DNA of 62,080 nucleotides from Planctomycetia bacterium (GCA_046092145.1 JBJTDB010000168.1:1-62080); one strand, 5' to 3'. Counted from the first letter of the stretch, positions 37,575 to 48,208 are shown. Made by a program: numbers and translations. The notes: generated by a model from the sequence alone, not told the origin.

Positions 37575-38972
37575 CTAGCGACTGGAAAGGCGTGCCTTCC
37601 ACGATGCCAGTTGTTCGGTGACGCGGGCAGGGGCGGTCGATCCAAAGCTCTGCATCCGCGCGACGGCCTGCGATGCGCCGAGCGCCGCGCGATACGAGGA
37701 CTTCCAGCCGGGGCATTCATGCCGGCACTCGTCTTCGGAAAGCTCGTCGAGACGCACGCCGCGGTTCATCGCCAGCCGCACGAGCCGTCCGACCGTCTCA
37801 TGCGCGGTTCGCTGGGGCAGCCCGTCGGCGATCAGGGCCTCCATCAGGCTCGTGGCATCGAGATGGCCGCGATCGACCGAGGCGGCGATGCGATCCCTGT
37901 CGAACGACGTACCTTCCACCAGCGGCGCGGCCACACCCAGCATCGCCTCGAGCGTGTCGATCGAATCGAAGATCCGCTCCTTGTCCTCCTGGAGGTCACG
38001 GTTGTAGGCCGTCGGCAGGCCCTTGAGGAGCACGAGCAACGCCTGCACGTTGCCGATCGCGCGGGCCGACTTGCCGCGGACCAGTTCGAGGACATCCGGG
38101 TTGATCTTCTGCGGCATGATCGAACTGCCGGTGCAGAATCCCTCGGGCAGTTTGAGGAAGCCGAACTCGTGCGTGCTCCAGAGGATCCACTCCTCGGCCC
38201 ACTGCGAAAGGTGCACGGCGCACAGCGACAGCACGAACGCCAGTTCACAGGCGAAGTCGCGGTCGCTCGCCCCGTCGAGACTGTTGGCCGCGATGCCGTC
38301 GAAGCCGAGCGACCGCTGCACATGCTCGCGGTCGATTGGCAGGCTCGTGCCCGCTAGCGCCCCGGAGCCGAGCGGCAGGATGTTGGTCCGCCTCCGGCAG
38401 TCGGCGAGCCGATCCCGATCGCGCTGGAGTTTCTCGCACCAGGAGAGGATCTGATGGCTCGCGAGCACCGGCTGCGCCCGCCGCAGGTGCGTGTAGGCGG
38501 GGATGACGAGCCCCTGCTCTCGATCGGCCAGTCCGACGAAGGCCCGCTGCAATCCGGCGATCGCTGCGTCGATCCGGTCGATGGCCCGTCGGCAGAAGAG
38601 CCGAAGGTCGGTCGCCACCTGATCGTTGCGGCTTCGGGCCGTGTGGATTTTTCTGCCGACGTCGCCCAGTTTCGCCGTGAGGGCCGACTCGATGTGGAGG
38701 TGGATGTCTTCATTGGCGATGGTGAATTCGAATCGGCCGGCCGCGATCTCGCGGCGGATCTCCTCGAGCACCGTGGCCACCGCCTCGGCCTCAGCCGACG
38801 TCATGAGCCCGGAGGCGGCGAGCATCCGGGCGTGGGCGATCGAGCCGTCGATGTCGTCGTCGGCAAGCCGCCGGTCGAACGACACGCTTTCGGAAAACCG
38901 CTCGACCCGCTTGTCGGTCGGCTCGCGGAACACGCCGCCCCAGGCTTTTGCATGCGTGGAGGAATGGTCCAT
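37575..38972 (-). CDS. argH: argininosuccinate lyase
   Basis: WGGVF...RL...DI.GSIAHA.ML, TARSRNDQV, YTHLRRAQP, fumarate-lyase signature GSSIMPQKINPD. ATG 38972 (GTG 38975 is an alternative). Confidence 0.95.
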   Translation of the reverse strand: MDHSSTHAKAWGGVFREPTDKRVERFSESVSFDRRLADDDIDGSIAHARMLAASGLMTSAEAEAVATVLEEIRREIAAGRFEFTIANEDIHLHIESALTAKLGDVGRKIHTARSRNDQVATDLRLFCRRAIDRIDAAIAGLQRAFVGLADREQGLVIPAYTHLRRAQPVLASHQILSWCEKLQRDRDRLADCRRRTNILPLGSGALAGTSLPIDREHVQRSLGFDGIAANSLDGASDRDFACELAFVLSLCAVHLSQWAEEWILWSTHEFGFLKLPEGFCTGSSIMPQKINPDVLELVRGKSARAIGNVQALLVLLKGLPTAYNRDLQEDKERIFDSIDTLEAMLGVAAPLVEGTSFDRDRIAASVDRGHLDATSLMEALIADGLPQRTAHETVGRLVRLAMNRGVRLDELSEDECRHECPGWKSSYRAALGASQAVARMQSFGSTAPARVTEQLASWKARLSSR

Positions 38973-39054
38973 CACGATCCCTTTCTGCGGCGGATGTCTC
39001 CCTACTTGTACTGTCGCAGGGTGAAAAATCCATCCGTGCCCGTGACCGTCGTGG

Positions 39055-40050
39055 TCAGGCGATGGTCAGGACCGGCAGTTCGTGTTTGGCCAACCTGTTG
39101 CCGGCTGCGTCGGAGATGAGTCCTCCGTAGCAGAGGCACACATGGGTCGGCATCGCGAGAGTTCCTTGGCCCGCCTGCTGGGCCGTGACGACGAACGTAT
39201 ACTCCAGCCGCTTCGTGCCGCTCCCACCCGTGCACCGGGCGGTGAGCGTCTGGTCACGAAAGGTGAATCGGAGGCCCGGCAGAGTGCCACCGGCCGCCGA
39301 CACGTACATCGGCTTCTCGAATTCGAGCGTCCAGGAGATTCGCTGGCCGGCCCTCGCCTCGAAGGAGCCCGATCGCGGCCCTTCGATCCGCACCACCCGC
39401 TCGTCGCGGGCGGCGTCGAGGTCGAACGCGATCACGACCGGAGTGGATGCATTGCCGGCGACGTCAATCTGACGGACCCGCCATCGGTTCAAGCCTGGCT
39501 GCGGGGCATAGCCGCCCCAGACTGCCGTGGCCGGGTTCCAGGTGCCATTGTCACGGCTGTACTGCACCGTCCCATTCCTCTCCTGACCCGACACCACGAG
39601 ATCCCCGATCGAGGTGATCCGGTCGGTGGGCGACGCGCCGGTATCCTGCCTGAGCGCCACGCGAAGCGGTGCAGCCGCGCGATCCACCTGAAACGTCAAC
39701 GCCGGTCCGAAGGGCATCGACTTTCCGGCGGCATCGACCAGCCGCGCGGCCACCCAGTATCTGCCGTCGGCTCCGACTCCTTCCGGCACGAACCGTCGGG
39801 CGTCGGCCATCACGGCCGTCCGGGTCACCGAGCCGTTGATTCGATATTCGACCCGCTGTCCTGCCGCCAGGGGAGTGCCGATGGTGAGCGTGGGATCCGA
39901 CGTGATGCCATCATTCGCGGCGGAGCCGGTGTCGCGAACCAGCGCGAGCGTGAGGCCGGCGGCGCATACCCGCCGTGGCTCCAAGACTTCACCGGAGAGG
40001 AATCGCGACCCGCACGACCGGGCGCCCTGGTGTTTTGACTGCCGCCGCAT
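39055..40050 (-). CDS. secreted protein with tandem bacterial Ig-like domains, function unknown
   Basis: ATG 40050 is preceded by GAGGAGG. The N-terminal ...GEVLEPRRV motif is typical of planctomycetal secreted proteins. Repeated DTG.S..DGITSD / DTGASPTDRITS Ig-like domain starts. Confidence 0.6.
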   Translation of the reverse strand: MRRQSKHQGARSCGSRFLSGEVLEPRRVCAAGLTLALVRDTGSAANDGITSDPTLTIGTPLAAGQRVEYRINGSVTRTAVMADARRFVPEGVGADGRYWVAARLVDAAGKSMPFGPALTFQVDRAAAPLRVALRQDTGASPTDRITSIGDLVVSGQERNGTVQYSRDNGTWNPATAVWGGYAPQPGLNRWRVRQIDVAGNASTPVVIAFDLDAARDERVVRIEGPRSGSFEARAGQRISWTLEFEKPMYVSAAGGTLPGLRFTFRDQTLTARCTGGSGTKRLEYTFVVTAQQAGQGTLAMPTHVCLCYGGLISDAAGNRLAKHELPVLTIA

Positions 40051-40137
40051 GGATCCTCCTCGCCCCCCATCCTGCGGGGGCTTTTTGGGGTGGTATCGGC
40101 GTTCGGGGACGACATCCTCACTCCGACTCACACGCGT

Positions 40138-40174
40138 TGCCCACTTTGCCCAGCCTCTGCCCAGACTTTGCCCA
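40138..40174. promoter_or_regulatory. four helically phased TGCCCA direct repeats in a divergent promoter region
   Basis: TGCCCA at 40138, 40147, 40158 and 40169 (spacings 9, 11 and 11 bp; three copies are TTGCCCA). They lie between the Ig-like gene (minus strand) and the dinG-like gene (plus strand). Confidence 0.5.
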
Positions 40175-40241
40175 AGCGGGAGCCATCGAGCGGTTCGCAT
40201 CCCACTCACCAGACAGACTCATCGGATAGGATTGCATCATC

Positions 40242-42341
40242 ATGCTTCGCCCCGAAGAGTTTCTCGCGCCCGGAGGTCGACTGGCGGCGCGGCTGCCGGG
40301 CTGGGAGTCGCGGCCTCAGCAGGTGGACATGGCGGGACTGATCTCGCAGGCGATCGCCGAACGGCGGCATGCGATCGTGGAGGCGGGAACGGGCGTCGGC
40401 AAAAGCCTCGCCTACCTCGTGCCGGCCGTGCTGGCGGCCACCGACGACCAGGCCGATCCGCCGACGGATGCCGAGCCCGAGTGGGATGGCGAGGCCGTGG
40501 AAGCCCCCGATGATCCGCCGTCGCGCCGAGGCCCACGACGGATCGTCATCTCCACGCACACGATCGCGCTGCAAGAGCAGCTTGTCACGAAGGACATCCC
40601 GCTCGTGGCCTCGGTGATGCCCCGCGAGTTTTCGGCGGTGCTCGTGAAGGGCCGCGGCAACTATGTCAGCCTCCGACGGGTCGCCCTGGCGGTGGAGCGG
40701 GCTGGGAGCCTCTTCCCCGAGGATGCCGACGTGCGGGAACTGCATGATCTCGCATCGTGGGCACGAACCACGGGCGACGGGTCGCTCGCCGACCTGCCGA
40801 CGGTTCCCTCGGCCGCGGTGTGGGACGAGATCCAAAGCGACGCCGGCAACTGCATGGGCCGGGCCTGCCCCACCTATCAGCGATGCCACTACTACGCGGC
40901 CCGCCGGCGGGTCCAGCACGCGCAGGTGCTGATCGTCAATCATGCGCTCTTCTTTTCCGATCTGGCCCTGCGGCGGAGCGGCGTGAGCCTGCTGCCACGG
41001 TACGACGTCGTCATCTTCGACGAAGCCCACATGGTGGAGAGCGTCGCCGGCGACCACCTCGGCATCGGTGTCTCGGACGCCGCGGTCGATCGCGTGCTGT
41101 CCAAGCTCTACAACGACCGCACGCACCGCGGCCTGCTGGTCCACTATCGGATGGACGACCTCCAGATCGACGTGATGCGATGCCGCCGGGCCGCCGAGGA
41201 TTTTTTCACGGCCGTGCGGGCGAAGGTGGCCGGCCACGGCCCGCCCCCATGGCGGGTGCCGCAGCGGCGGATCGTGGCCGATTCACTCGGTGACTCCCTC
41301 TGTGGCCTGGCCCGATCGATCCGCACGGCCGCGGAGCAGATCTCGAACCAGGCCGAGCGTCATGATTTTCTGTCGCTGGCCGACCGGCTCACGGCCCATG
41401 CCGGCGCCGTGCATGCCTGGCTCGAGCAGAACGAGCCGGGGAGCGTCTGGTGGGTGGAGGCGTCGCGGTCTCGCCGTGGCCGTGAGCGGATCACGCTGGC
41501 AAGTGCCCCCGTCGATGTCGGCGGCCTGCTCCAGCGGGAGCTTTTCAGCAAGGTGGGCACGGTCATCATGGCCAGCGCCACGCTCGCCGTGGGGGCGCAG
41601 CCGCAGGAGGCCACCTTCGACGAGGACCGTGTTGGCTCCGATCCATTCGCTTATTTCCGCACCCGGATCGGACTTCGTGAGCCGCTGTCGAGGCAACTTG
41701 GCAGCCCGTTCGACTATGCCGCCCAGGCGCAGCTCATCCTCGTCGACCGGCTGCCCGATCCGGCCGATCGCGATGCCTACGACACGGCCGTCGTCGCGAT
41801 GATCAAGCGCTACGTCGCGAGGAGCGATGGGCGTGCGATGGTGCTCTTTACGAGCCACGCATCGCTGGCCAAGACCTCGGCCGATCTGGTGGGCTGGTGC
41901 GCTCGAAACAATTTCCGGCTCGTGAGCCAGGCCGAAGGCCTCTCGCGGCAGCAGATGCTCGCCGATTTCAAGGAGGGCCCGGCGAGCGTGCTCTTGGGCA
42001 CCGACGGCTTCTGGCAGGGGATCGACCTCCCCGGAGAGCAGCTCGTCAACGTGATCATCACGAAGCTCCCCTTCGCCGTGCCCGACCGGCCGCTCGTCGC
42101 CGCGCGGATCGACTCCATCAAGGCCGCAGGCGGCAATGCCTTCCGCGACTATCAACTGCCCGAGGCCGTGCTCAAGCTCAAGCAGGGGTTCGGTCGGCTG
42201 ATCCGCACCCATGCCGACCGGGGGAGCGTCGTGATCCTCGACCCACGCATGCTGACGAAGCCGTATGGCCGCGTGTTCCTGGAGAGCCTGCCGCCGGCAC
42301 GAGTCACCGTTGAATCGTTCGCCGAGACCGTCCGCACCTGA
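40242..42341 (+). CDS. DinG/Rad3-related ATP-dependent DNA helicase
   Basis: RPQQ..M, Walker [18 protein letters not shown], Walker B VIFDEAH (DEAH box), C-terminal helicase motifs VLLGT..FWQGID.PG, VII.KLPF..P, QG.GRLIR...D.G.V..LD.R. Confidence 0.85.
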   Translation: MLRPEEFLAPGGRLAARLPGWESRPQQVDMAGLISQAIAERRHAIVEAGTGVGKSLAYLVPAVLAATDDQADPPTDAEPEWDGEAVEAPDDPPSRRGPRRIVISTHTIALQEQLVTKDIPLVASVMPREFSAVLVKGRGNYVSLRRVALAVERAGSLFPEDADVRELHDLASWARTTGDGSLADLPTVPSAAVWDEIQSDAGNCMGRACPTYQRCHYYAARRRVQHAQVLIVNHALFFSDLALRRSGVSLLPRYDVVIFDEAHMVESVAGDHLGIGVSDAAVDRVLSKLYNDRTHRGLLVHYRMDDLQIDVMRCRRAAEDFFTAVRAKVAGHGPPPWRVPQRRIVADSLGDSLCGLARSIRTAAEQISNQAERHDFLSLADRLTAHAGAVHAWLEQNEPGSVWWVEASRSRRGRERITLASAPVDVGGLLQRELFSKVGTVIMASATLAVGAQPQEATFDEDRVGSDPFAYFRTRIGLREPLSRQLGSPFDYAAQAQLILVDRLPDPADRDAYDTAVVAMIKRYVARSDGRAMVLFTSHASLAKTSADLVGWCARNNFRLVSQAEGLSRQQMLADFKEGPASVLLGTDGFWQGIDLPGEQLVNVIITKLPFAVPDRPLVAARIDSIKAAGGNAFRDYQLPEAVLKLKQGFGRLIRTHADRGSVVILDPRMLTKPYGRVFLESLPPARVTVESFAETVRT

Positions 42342-42389
42342 TCCCCTCTCGCCGCGGCCGATGGGCCCACGGCCCGCCGGGGCGATTGT

Positions 42390-44060
42390 TCATCCGATCG
42401 TCGCGACCACGTGACGGAGATACCGCTCGAGGTCGGGCGGAATGCCTCCCGATGCGATCGCATCGTCCACCTGCTCCCGCAGCGCTTCCAGGCACTCCGC
42501 CGGCGTGGCGTCGTCGACGAGGTCGATCACCCTGTCGAGCGCGACGTGCGAATCGCCGGTGAGGTATCGGAAGAGCTGCGCGATCGAGGCGAGCCTCGGG
42601 TCGCCGCTGTTGGCCGCCGTGTCGTCGAGCAGCGTGCCGACGAGCGCGGCATTGATCGCAAGCCGCCGCTGCACCTCGGCCGCAGTCGCCGCCCGGAATC
42701 CGGGCTGCTCCTTGAGCGATGCGAACCGCTTGGCGTCGATCACGAGCACGTCGAGCCGGTTGGTCTCCCGCGTCATCACGGTGGCCACGGCCGGCTGGCC
42801 GCGCCACATCCCGATCTCGCCGAGCACCGTCGGCGATGACAGGGTGGCGACCTGCCTCGGCTCGGCCGCCTCGCCCATCGACTGCACGACGATCAAGGGC
42901 GCGGTGGTGGAGAGGAGAACATACATCTCCCCCACGGTCTGTCCCTGACGGATGATGGTTTCACCCGGGGCGAGCTCGATCGACCGCCGCTCGATCGGGC
43001 GGGCATCGTCTCCGTGGGTGTCGAGTTCGTGGAGCAGGATCGAACCGATCAGCCTGTCGGCCGTGAGATCGGACGGCGCGGTGCGGTAGGCAGCCCGCAG
43101 GGCGGCCACGTCGGGCCGCTGCCAGACGATCTGCCGCGTCGCAGCCCGGGCCTTCATCGCGGCCTCGGCATCGTCACGACGGAGCCGACGGCACCACTCA
43201 TCCCGATGCCGCTCGAGCTCCTCGGGAATCACACCCCCGGGAAACAAAAACTGGGCGGTCTCTGGATCGATGTGCCGTCGCACGTGGCCCCGGACCGTCT
43301 CGCCCGATCGCTCGGCGGTGAGCGGAGCGATGCGGTGGGCGATCTCCTGGGCCATCCGCCGGACTCGTGACGACGGCGGCCGCTCGCGAAGCGTTCGGTC
43401 GTAGGCATCTCGAAACCGCTCGTGCGCCGCCAGATCACGGGGCACGCGGGTCAGCCCCGTCAGGCCTGCGACCTGGTAGAGCACCGTACAGAGCTGTTCG
43501 CCGAACGCCCGACCGCGAGCACTCTCGGCCGACAGTCCGCACAGGGCCAGCCCCCGTCGGATCGATTCGATGAAGGCGGTGGCGACATAGGCATAGTCGG
43601 CCTCGTAGCCGTCGATCACACGGGCCCCGTCCGACTGGCGGATCACGACTCCGGCGACATGGTGCCGGAGGTTCACGACCTCCACGAGCGACCGAAGATC
43701 ATTCGAAGACCGTGGGAAGACGAAGGATCCCCAGAAGAAGTCGCTCGTGCCGAAGATCCGCTCGCCCGCGCGAACGAGCCCCTCGTTGCGATAGGAGGTG
43801 GCGACGATCGAGCTCACCAGGAGCGTGCGGTAGATGCCTCCCCAGGCGAATCCGAGCGTATCCCGCAGGAAACGGCCCCGATGGACGACGAGGTTTCGCA
43901 GCGTGAGGAATCGCCAGACGATCTGACGGCCGGCGGCCCGTCGGATCGAGGCCCAGGCCTCGTCGGGAACCGTGGGCAGCGAGATGATGTCGTCCGGGGC
44001 GAGATAGTCGTCCAGCGTGCCGCGTCGATCCGTGGGCCTGGAAGATGAAGCAGTCGTCAT
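42390..44060 (-). CDS. two-domain protein: uncharacterised helical N-terminal domain plus C-terminal cyclic-nucleotide-binding-like domain
   Basis: C-terminal LAPGETIIRQGQTVGEMYVLLS...LGEIGMWRGQPAVATVM follows the cNMP beta-barrel/PBC pattern. The usual PBC Arg (..P-R-[ST]-A-T-V) reads P-A-V-A-T-V. ATG 44060. Confidence 0.65.
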   Translation of the reverse strand: MTTASSSRPTDRRGTLDDYLAPDDIISLPTVPDEAWASIRRAAGRQIVWRFLTLRNLVVHRGRFLRDTLGFAWGGIYRTLLVSSIVATSYRNEGLVRAGERIFGTSDFFWGSFVFPRSSNDLRSLVEVVNLRHHVAGVVIRQSDGARVIDGYEADYAYVATAFIESIRRGLALCGLSAESARGRAFGEQLCTVLYQVAGLTGLTRVPRDLAAHERFRDAYDRTLRERPPSSRVRRMAQEIAHRIAPLTAERSGETVRGHVRRHIDPETAQFLFPGGVIPEELERHRDEWCRRLRRDDAEAAMKARAATRQIVWQRPDVAALRAAYRTAPSDLTADRLIGSILLHELDTHGDDARPIERRSIELAPGETIIRQGQTVGEMYVLLSTTAPLIVVQSMGEAAEPRQVATLSSPTVLGEIGMWRGQPAVATVMTRETNRLDVLVIDAKRFASLKEQPGFRAATAAEVQRRLAINAALVGTLLDDTAANSGDPRLASIAQLFRYLTGDSHVALDRVIDLVDDATPAECLEALREQVDDAIASGGIPPDLERYLRHVVATIG

Positions 44061-44089
44061 CGGAGCGATCGGCCTTTCATCGGGCGAGT

Positions 44090-44740
44090 CTATGTCACGA
44101 GCTGCAGCTCGGCCCAGGTCGTCGGGTCGCTGTCCCACGGAAACTCCGGCGGGGCAAGGCAGGGCACGCGACCGAGACGACGGTCGATGAGCGCCGCGAA
44201 GAAGCCGAGCCGCGGAATCTCGGACGGATCCCATCCGGGAAGCGCGGCGGCCGAGATGAATGCGTCGATCTCCCAGCCATCGGCCAGGAGCCTGCTTTCG
44301 ATCGGAATCGAGCCGGCGGGCAATTCAGCCGGCATCTCGCTGGTGCGCGGGATCACTGCCGGCACGGCCACCGGCATGTCGGCGTTGCGACCGCCACCGG
44401 TGGGCAGCAGTGCGAGCCGCCGGCAGAACCGTCCGGCGCGGTGGCTCTCGCCGGTGGGCCGCGTGGCGATCCAGAGGTGGAGGCCGTCGCTATCCTCGGG
44501 CTTGGCCGGCTGGCACCATCGCGAGGCTCCGACGCCCCGGGCCACCCCCCGCACGCCGAGCCCCTCCTCGCTCCACGCCATCCACAGGCCGAGCAGGTCG
44601 GGCACCCCGGCTACGGCCGCCAGCGAGGGCAGGCGACAGTCGTCGTCGAGGTCTCGCGATCGGGCAGGCCAGAGTTTTTTTCGTTTCCGGCAGGGAAACC
44701 GGAACGTAAACAGCGCGGCGGGATTGACGAGCGGGCTCAT
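44090..44740 (-). CDS. hypothetical protein (possibly a carbohydrate-binding-module-like beta-sandwich)
   Basis: 216-aa ORF from ATG 44740 with coding-like GC3. Trp/Asp/Gly-rich beta-type sequence (LHLWIATRP, GWEIDAFISAAALPGW). Only weak resemblance to CBM9-type domains. Divergent from glgA. Confidence 0.4.
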   Translation of the reverse strand: MSPLVNPAALFTFRFPCRKRKKLWPARSRDLDDDCRLPSLAAVAGVPDLLGLWMAWSEEGLGVRGVARGVGASRWCQPAKPEDSDGLHLWIATRPTGESHRAGRFCRRLALLPTGGGRNADMPVAVPAVIPRTSEMPAELPAGSIPIESRLLADGWEIDAFISAAALPGWDPSEIPRLGFFAALIDRRLGRVPCLAPPEFPWDSDPTTWAELQLVT

Positions 44741-44762
44741 GAGGCGTGTCCAAACATGTTCT

Positions 44763-44768
44763 ATACTA
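44763..44768 (+). promoter_or_regulatory. -10-like hexamer TATACT in an AT-rich patch upstream of glgA
   Basis: AAACATGTTCTATACTAGTGTG is a conspicuous AT-rich island about 80 nt upstream of the glgA ATG. No convincing -35 element. Confidence 0.3.
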
Positions 44769-44846
44769 GTGTGAGGCAGCCGTTTCGATGATTCCACGAC
44801 GGACGAGCCAGGAACCCGCGGCGCCCGCAGGGGACGCAGATCGCCG

Positions 44847-46334
44847 ATGCGAGTGTTGTTCGTAGCCAGCGAGGCGGCCCCCTTCGCCAAGACCGGTGGC
44901 CTTGCCGACGTGGCCGGCGCCCTTCCGGCAGCCCTGGCGCGGCTGGGCTGCGACGTCACGCTCGTGATCCCTGCCTACCGCGAGGCGCTCGCCCAGGCGG
45001 CCGCCCGTGGTCTGCCGATCGAGCCGACCGACATGGTCTTCCGCGTGCCGATTGGCACGCTCGACGTGGAGGCCCGGGTGCTCCGCAGCCGGCTTCCGGC
45101 GTCCGAGGGCGGCGGCTCGCCGACCGTGCTCCTCGTCTCCAACGACGCCTGCTTCGACCGCCCGACGCTCTACGGCGGCAGCGAGGACTACCCCGACAAC
45201 GCCGAGCGGTTCACCTTCTTCTCGCGCGCCTGCATGGAGCTGGCCTGCCGACAGGAAAAGCCCTTCGACGTCATCCACTGCCACGACTGGCAGACCGGTC
45301 TCGTGCCGGCCTACCAGAAGCTCCTCTACCAATCATGGCCGTCGGTGCGCAACGCCCGCACGGTGATGACGATCCACAACATGGCCTACCAGGGACTGTT
45401 CTGGCACTGGGACATGCTGCTGACGGGCCTCGACTGGAAATACTTCAACTGGCAGCAGATGGAGTTCTACGGCCAGCTCAACCTGCTCAAGACGGGCATC
45501 GTCTTCGCCGACGCGCTCACCACCGTGAGCCCGACGTACGCCCGCGAGATCCAGTCCGCCCCCGGCGGCTGCGGGCTGGAGGGCGTGCTCGCCTCGCGGG
45601 CCGACGTGCTCACGGGCATCGTCAATGGGATCGACATCGACGCCTGGAACCCGCGGACCGATCCGCACATCCCACGGCCCTACGATGCCGCCACCGTGGC
45701 GGACGGGAAGTATGCCGCCAAGGTCGCACTGGCGGCGCGGCTCGGGCGTGCCGCGCCCGACGCCCGTCCGTTGGTCGCCTTCGTCGGCCGGCTCGCCGAG
45801 CAGAAGGGGGTCGATCTGGTCATCGAACTGCTCGGCCGGATGGCCGGCACGGGCCGCGCGCACTTCGTCGTGCTCGGCACCGGCAACAACGGCATCGAGG
45901 ACTCACTGCGGCGGGTGGCGGCGTCGTTTCCCGGAACAGTCGATGTCGCCGTCGGATTCGACGAGGGTCTCGCCCATCTCGTGCAGGCGGCTGCCGACAT
46001 GTCGCTCGTACCGAGCCGCTACGAGCCGTGCGGCCTCACCCAGCTCTACGCGATGCGATACGGATCGATCCCCATCGTGCGGGCCACAGGCGGCCTGGTC
46101 GATACGGTCATCGACAGCACGCCGGAGACGCTCCGGGCCGGCACGGCCAGCGGGTTCGTGTTCGAGGCATTCGATGCGGTCGCGCTGGAGCATGCGGTCC
46201 ATCGGGCGCTCGAGGCGCATGCCGACGGTCCACTGTGGCAGGGGCTCGTGCAGCGTGTCATGGCCCAGGACTGGTCGTGGGATGCCAGTGCCCGCGACTA
46301 TCTCTCGCTCTACGAACGAACGCTCCGCTCGTGA
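44847..46334 (+). CDS. glgA: glycogen synthase (ADP-glucose type)
   Basis: [22 protein letters not shown] (KTGGL motif), [23 protein letters not shown]...[29 protein letters not shown]. Confidence 0.95.
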   Translation: MRVLFVASEAAPFAKTGGLADVAGALPAALARLGCDVTLVIPAYREALAQAAARGLPIEPTDMVFRVPIGTLDVEARVLRSRLPASEGGGSPTVLLVSNDACFDRPTLYGGSEDYPDNAERFTFFSRACMELACRQEKPFDVIHCHDWQTGLVPAYQKLLYQSWPSVRNARTVMTIHNMAYQGLFWHWDMLLTGLDWKYFNWQQMEFYGQLNLLKTGIVFADALTTVSPTYAREIQSAPGGCGLEGVLASRADVLTGIVNGIDIDAWNPRTDPHIPRPYDAATVADGKYAAKVALAARLGRAAPDARPLVAFVGRLAEQKGVDLVIELLGRMAGTGRAHFVVLGTGNNGIEDSLRRVAASFPGTVDVAVGFDEGLAHLVQAAADMSLVPSRYEPCGLTQLYAMRYGSIPIVRATGGLVDTVIDSTPETLRAGTASGFVFEAFDAVALEHAVHRALEAHADGPLWQGLVQRVMAQDWSWDASARDYLSLYERTLRS

Positions 46335-46441
46335 GCCGCGAAGCTGCGAGGGGATGTCACACTGGGCAAAAGGCCGGCGGGAATGCGGCCCCGGCAGCCG
46401 AAGGGTGAACCGGTCATGCCCTCTCGGCCGATTCCAAGGTC

Positions 46442-46801
46442 ATGCGTTGCATCATGCTCCGTCTTTGCGGAATCGTCTCGGTCGCCCTGGCCATGGCCGC
46501 CGGCTCGGATGCCGGGGCGGGGGGATTCTCGAAAGCCTTTCACTGCAAGGCGTGTGGCTGCGGGGCGGGTGGGTCGCCCTATGGCAACACCGGCTGTGGG
46601 CCGAGGTACTGGGGCGCCGTTCCCGAGGAGGGCTGGTGCCCGGATCCATGCGACCGCTGTGCACGGTGGCGGGGCTGCCAGGGTGCCGGGCCCGGGCTCG
46701 ACATGCTGGCCCCGTGGCAACTCCCACCGGGCAGGGGCTTCATGAACGCCGAGCAGATGGGCTACGACACCCGCCACGGCTGCGATCGCTGTCACAGGTA
46801 A
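46442..46801 (+). CDS. small secreted Cys-rich protein, function unknown
   Basis: Signal peptide MRCIMLRLCGIVSVALAMAAG. The mature ~95 aa contain 11 Cys, partly in CxxC-type pairs (CKACGC, CDRC, CDRC). The 3' end overlaps the convergent gene by 10 nt. Confidence 0.5.
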   Translation: MRCIMLRLCGIVSVALAMAAGSDAGAGGFSKAFHCKACGCGAGGSPYGNTGCGPRYWGAVPEEGWCPDPCDRCARWRGCQGAGPGLDMLAPWQLPPGRGFMNAEQMGYDTRHGCDRCHR

Positions 46802-47973
46802 CTGGCGGCGAACGTGATTTCGTCTCCTCGCTCCCGGCATGCCTCGCGGAGCGAGTCGAGAGCGTCGCCCGCGACGGCGAGTTCGACCAGCGACGGCAGC
46901 ATCCCGCTGGCCTGCATGATGCTCGGCATGCCGTGATCGGTCGGCCGTGACAAGGCCGCCCGCAACGCCTCGGCATTGCGGCCAAGCTTCCAGAGCATAT
47001 AGACGAGCGTGTCGGCCGGCAGTGTGCCCGCCTCCTCGAGGCGGGCCGCCGTGGCGGCCCGCTGAAAAAACGCGAGCGAGCGATCGATCTCGCGGCCCAT
47101 GAGCGCCCCGAAGAAGAGCCGCGACGCCTCGGCCACATTCTCAAACGGCGACTCTCCCGGATAGTTCACCTCCTCGGGCAGGCGGCAGGCATACACCGCC
47201 AGTTCCCATGCCTTCTCGAGAATCGGCCGGTCGATGCAGACCCTGCCGATCCGCAGCACCGACTGCAGGTGCGAGACATCGACATGGATGCTCGGGTCGT
47301 TCGTCAGCCCTCCGGCCGCGTCGAGGAGCGCCACGATCGACTCGGCGGCATCACCGCGGTCGGCCGGCACGATCCCCCGGCGCCCGAGATCCGCGGCCAG
47401 CGATGCCGCAACCTCGTGATGCAGATGCTCGACGAGCACGGCCGCCGCATCCCGTTGCCGCACGGCCGGGAGCCTCGCCACCGCCTGCTCATACGCCGTG
47501 ATCGAATTGCAGGTACCCTGCGACTCGATCACCAGACGGATGCCGAGAGCGGGATCGACTCCCTCCCACAGCGCGATCTGAACGATGTCCTGAAGCCGAC
47601 CCGCGGCGATCTCGTCGTCGTCTGGCATCACACGAGCCAGCGCGGCGAGCCTGTGCGACACCTCCGACGGCTCCGCGGCCGCCCGCAGATACATCCATCC
47701 GGCGGCGACCTGCCCCTCGTCGAGAAGCGGCCAGCCCACCTCACGGCAGGCGGCAAGCGACTTCTCGTCGAGCTTCTCACGGGTTGCTTCGTCGAGCGTT
47801 CCGACGTCGCCCGTGGTGGGTAGCCCGAGCGCCGCGCGGGCTTCGAGCAATCGCAGATCGAAGAGCGCATGCCAGCGACGGCGGGTCGTCAGCGATTCGG
47901 CGAGCATGGCGAGCATCGCCGGCGTGCCCTGCGTGGCGGCGGCGTCGGCGAGGGTGTCGAAGAAATCATTCAT
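46792..47973 (-). CDS. hypothetical helical-repeat protein
   Basis: ~393-aa ORF with good GC3 bias. MNDFFDTLADAAATQGTPAMLAMLAESL...; I recognise no motifs. ATG 47973 (the track uses TTG 47982). Confidence 0.6.
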   Translation of the reverse strand: MNDFFDTLADAAATQGTPAMLAMLAESLTTRRRWHALFDLRLLEARAALGLPTTGDVGTLDEATREKLDEKSLAACREVGWPLLDEGQVAAGWMYLRAAAEPSEVSHRLAALARVMPDDDEIAAGRLQDIVQIALWEGVDPALGIRLVIESQGTCNSITAYEQAVARLPAVRQRDAAAVLVEHLHHEVAASLAADLGRRGIVPADRGDAAESIVALLDAAGGLTNDPSIHVDVSHLQSVLRIGRVCIDRPILEKAWELAVYACRLPEEVNYPGESPFENVAEASRLFFGALMGREIDRSLAFFQRAATAARLEEAGTLPADTLVYMLWKLGRNAEALRAALSRPTDHGMPSIMQASGMLPSLVELAVAGDALDSLREACRERGDEITFAASYL

Positions 47974-48208
47974 GGCATACAACCTTGAGCTTCCGAGAGT
48001 GACGGTTCAGGGTGACGGTTCGGGGCGGCCCACGCCCCGTCGCCGGTCGTTCGCGTCAGACATCCTGTCCTCCGCTCACTCGGATCCTGACGGCGCGTCG
48101 CCATCCTGGCTGCGCTTGTCAGCATACGCCGGCTCTCGGGGCATGGGCCGCCCCTCACGGATTGTGCGAGTCGGTGAGCCCAGTCACAACGTAACACCAC
48201 GCCCCGCT

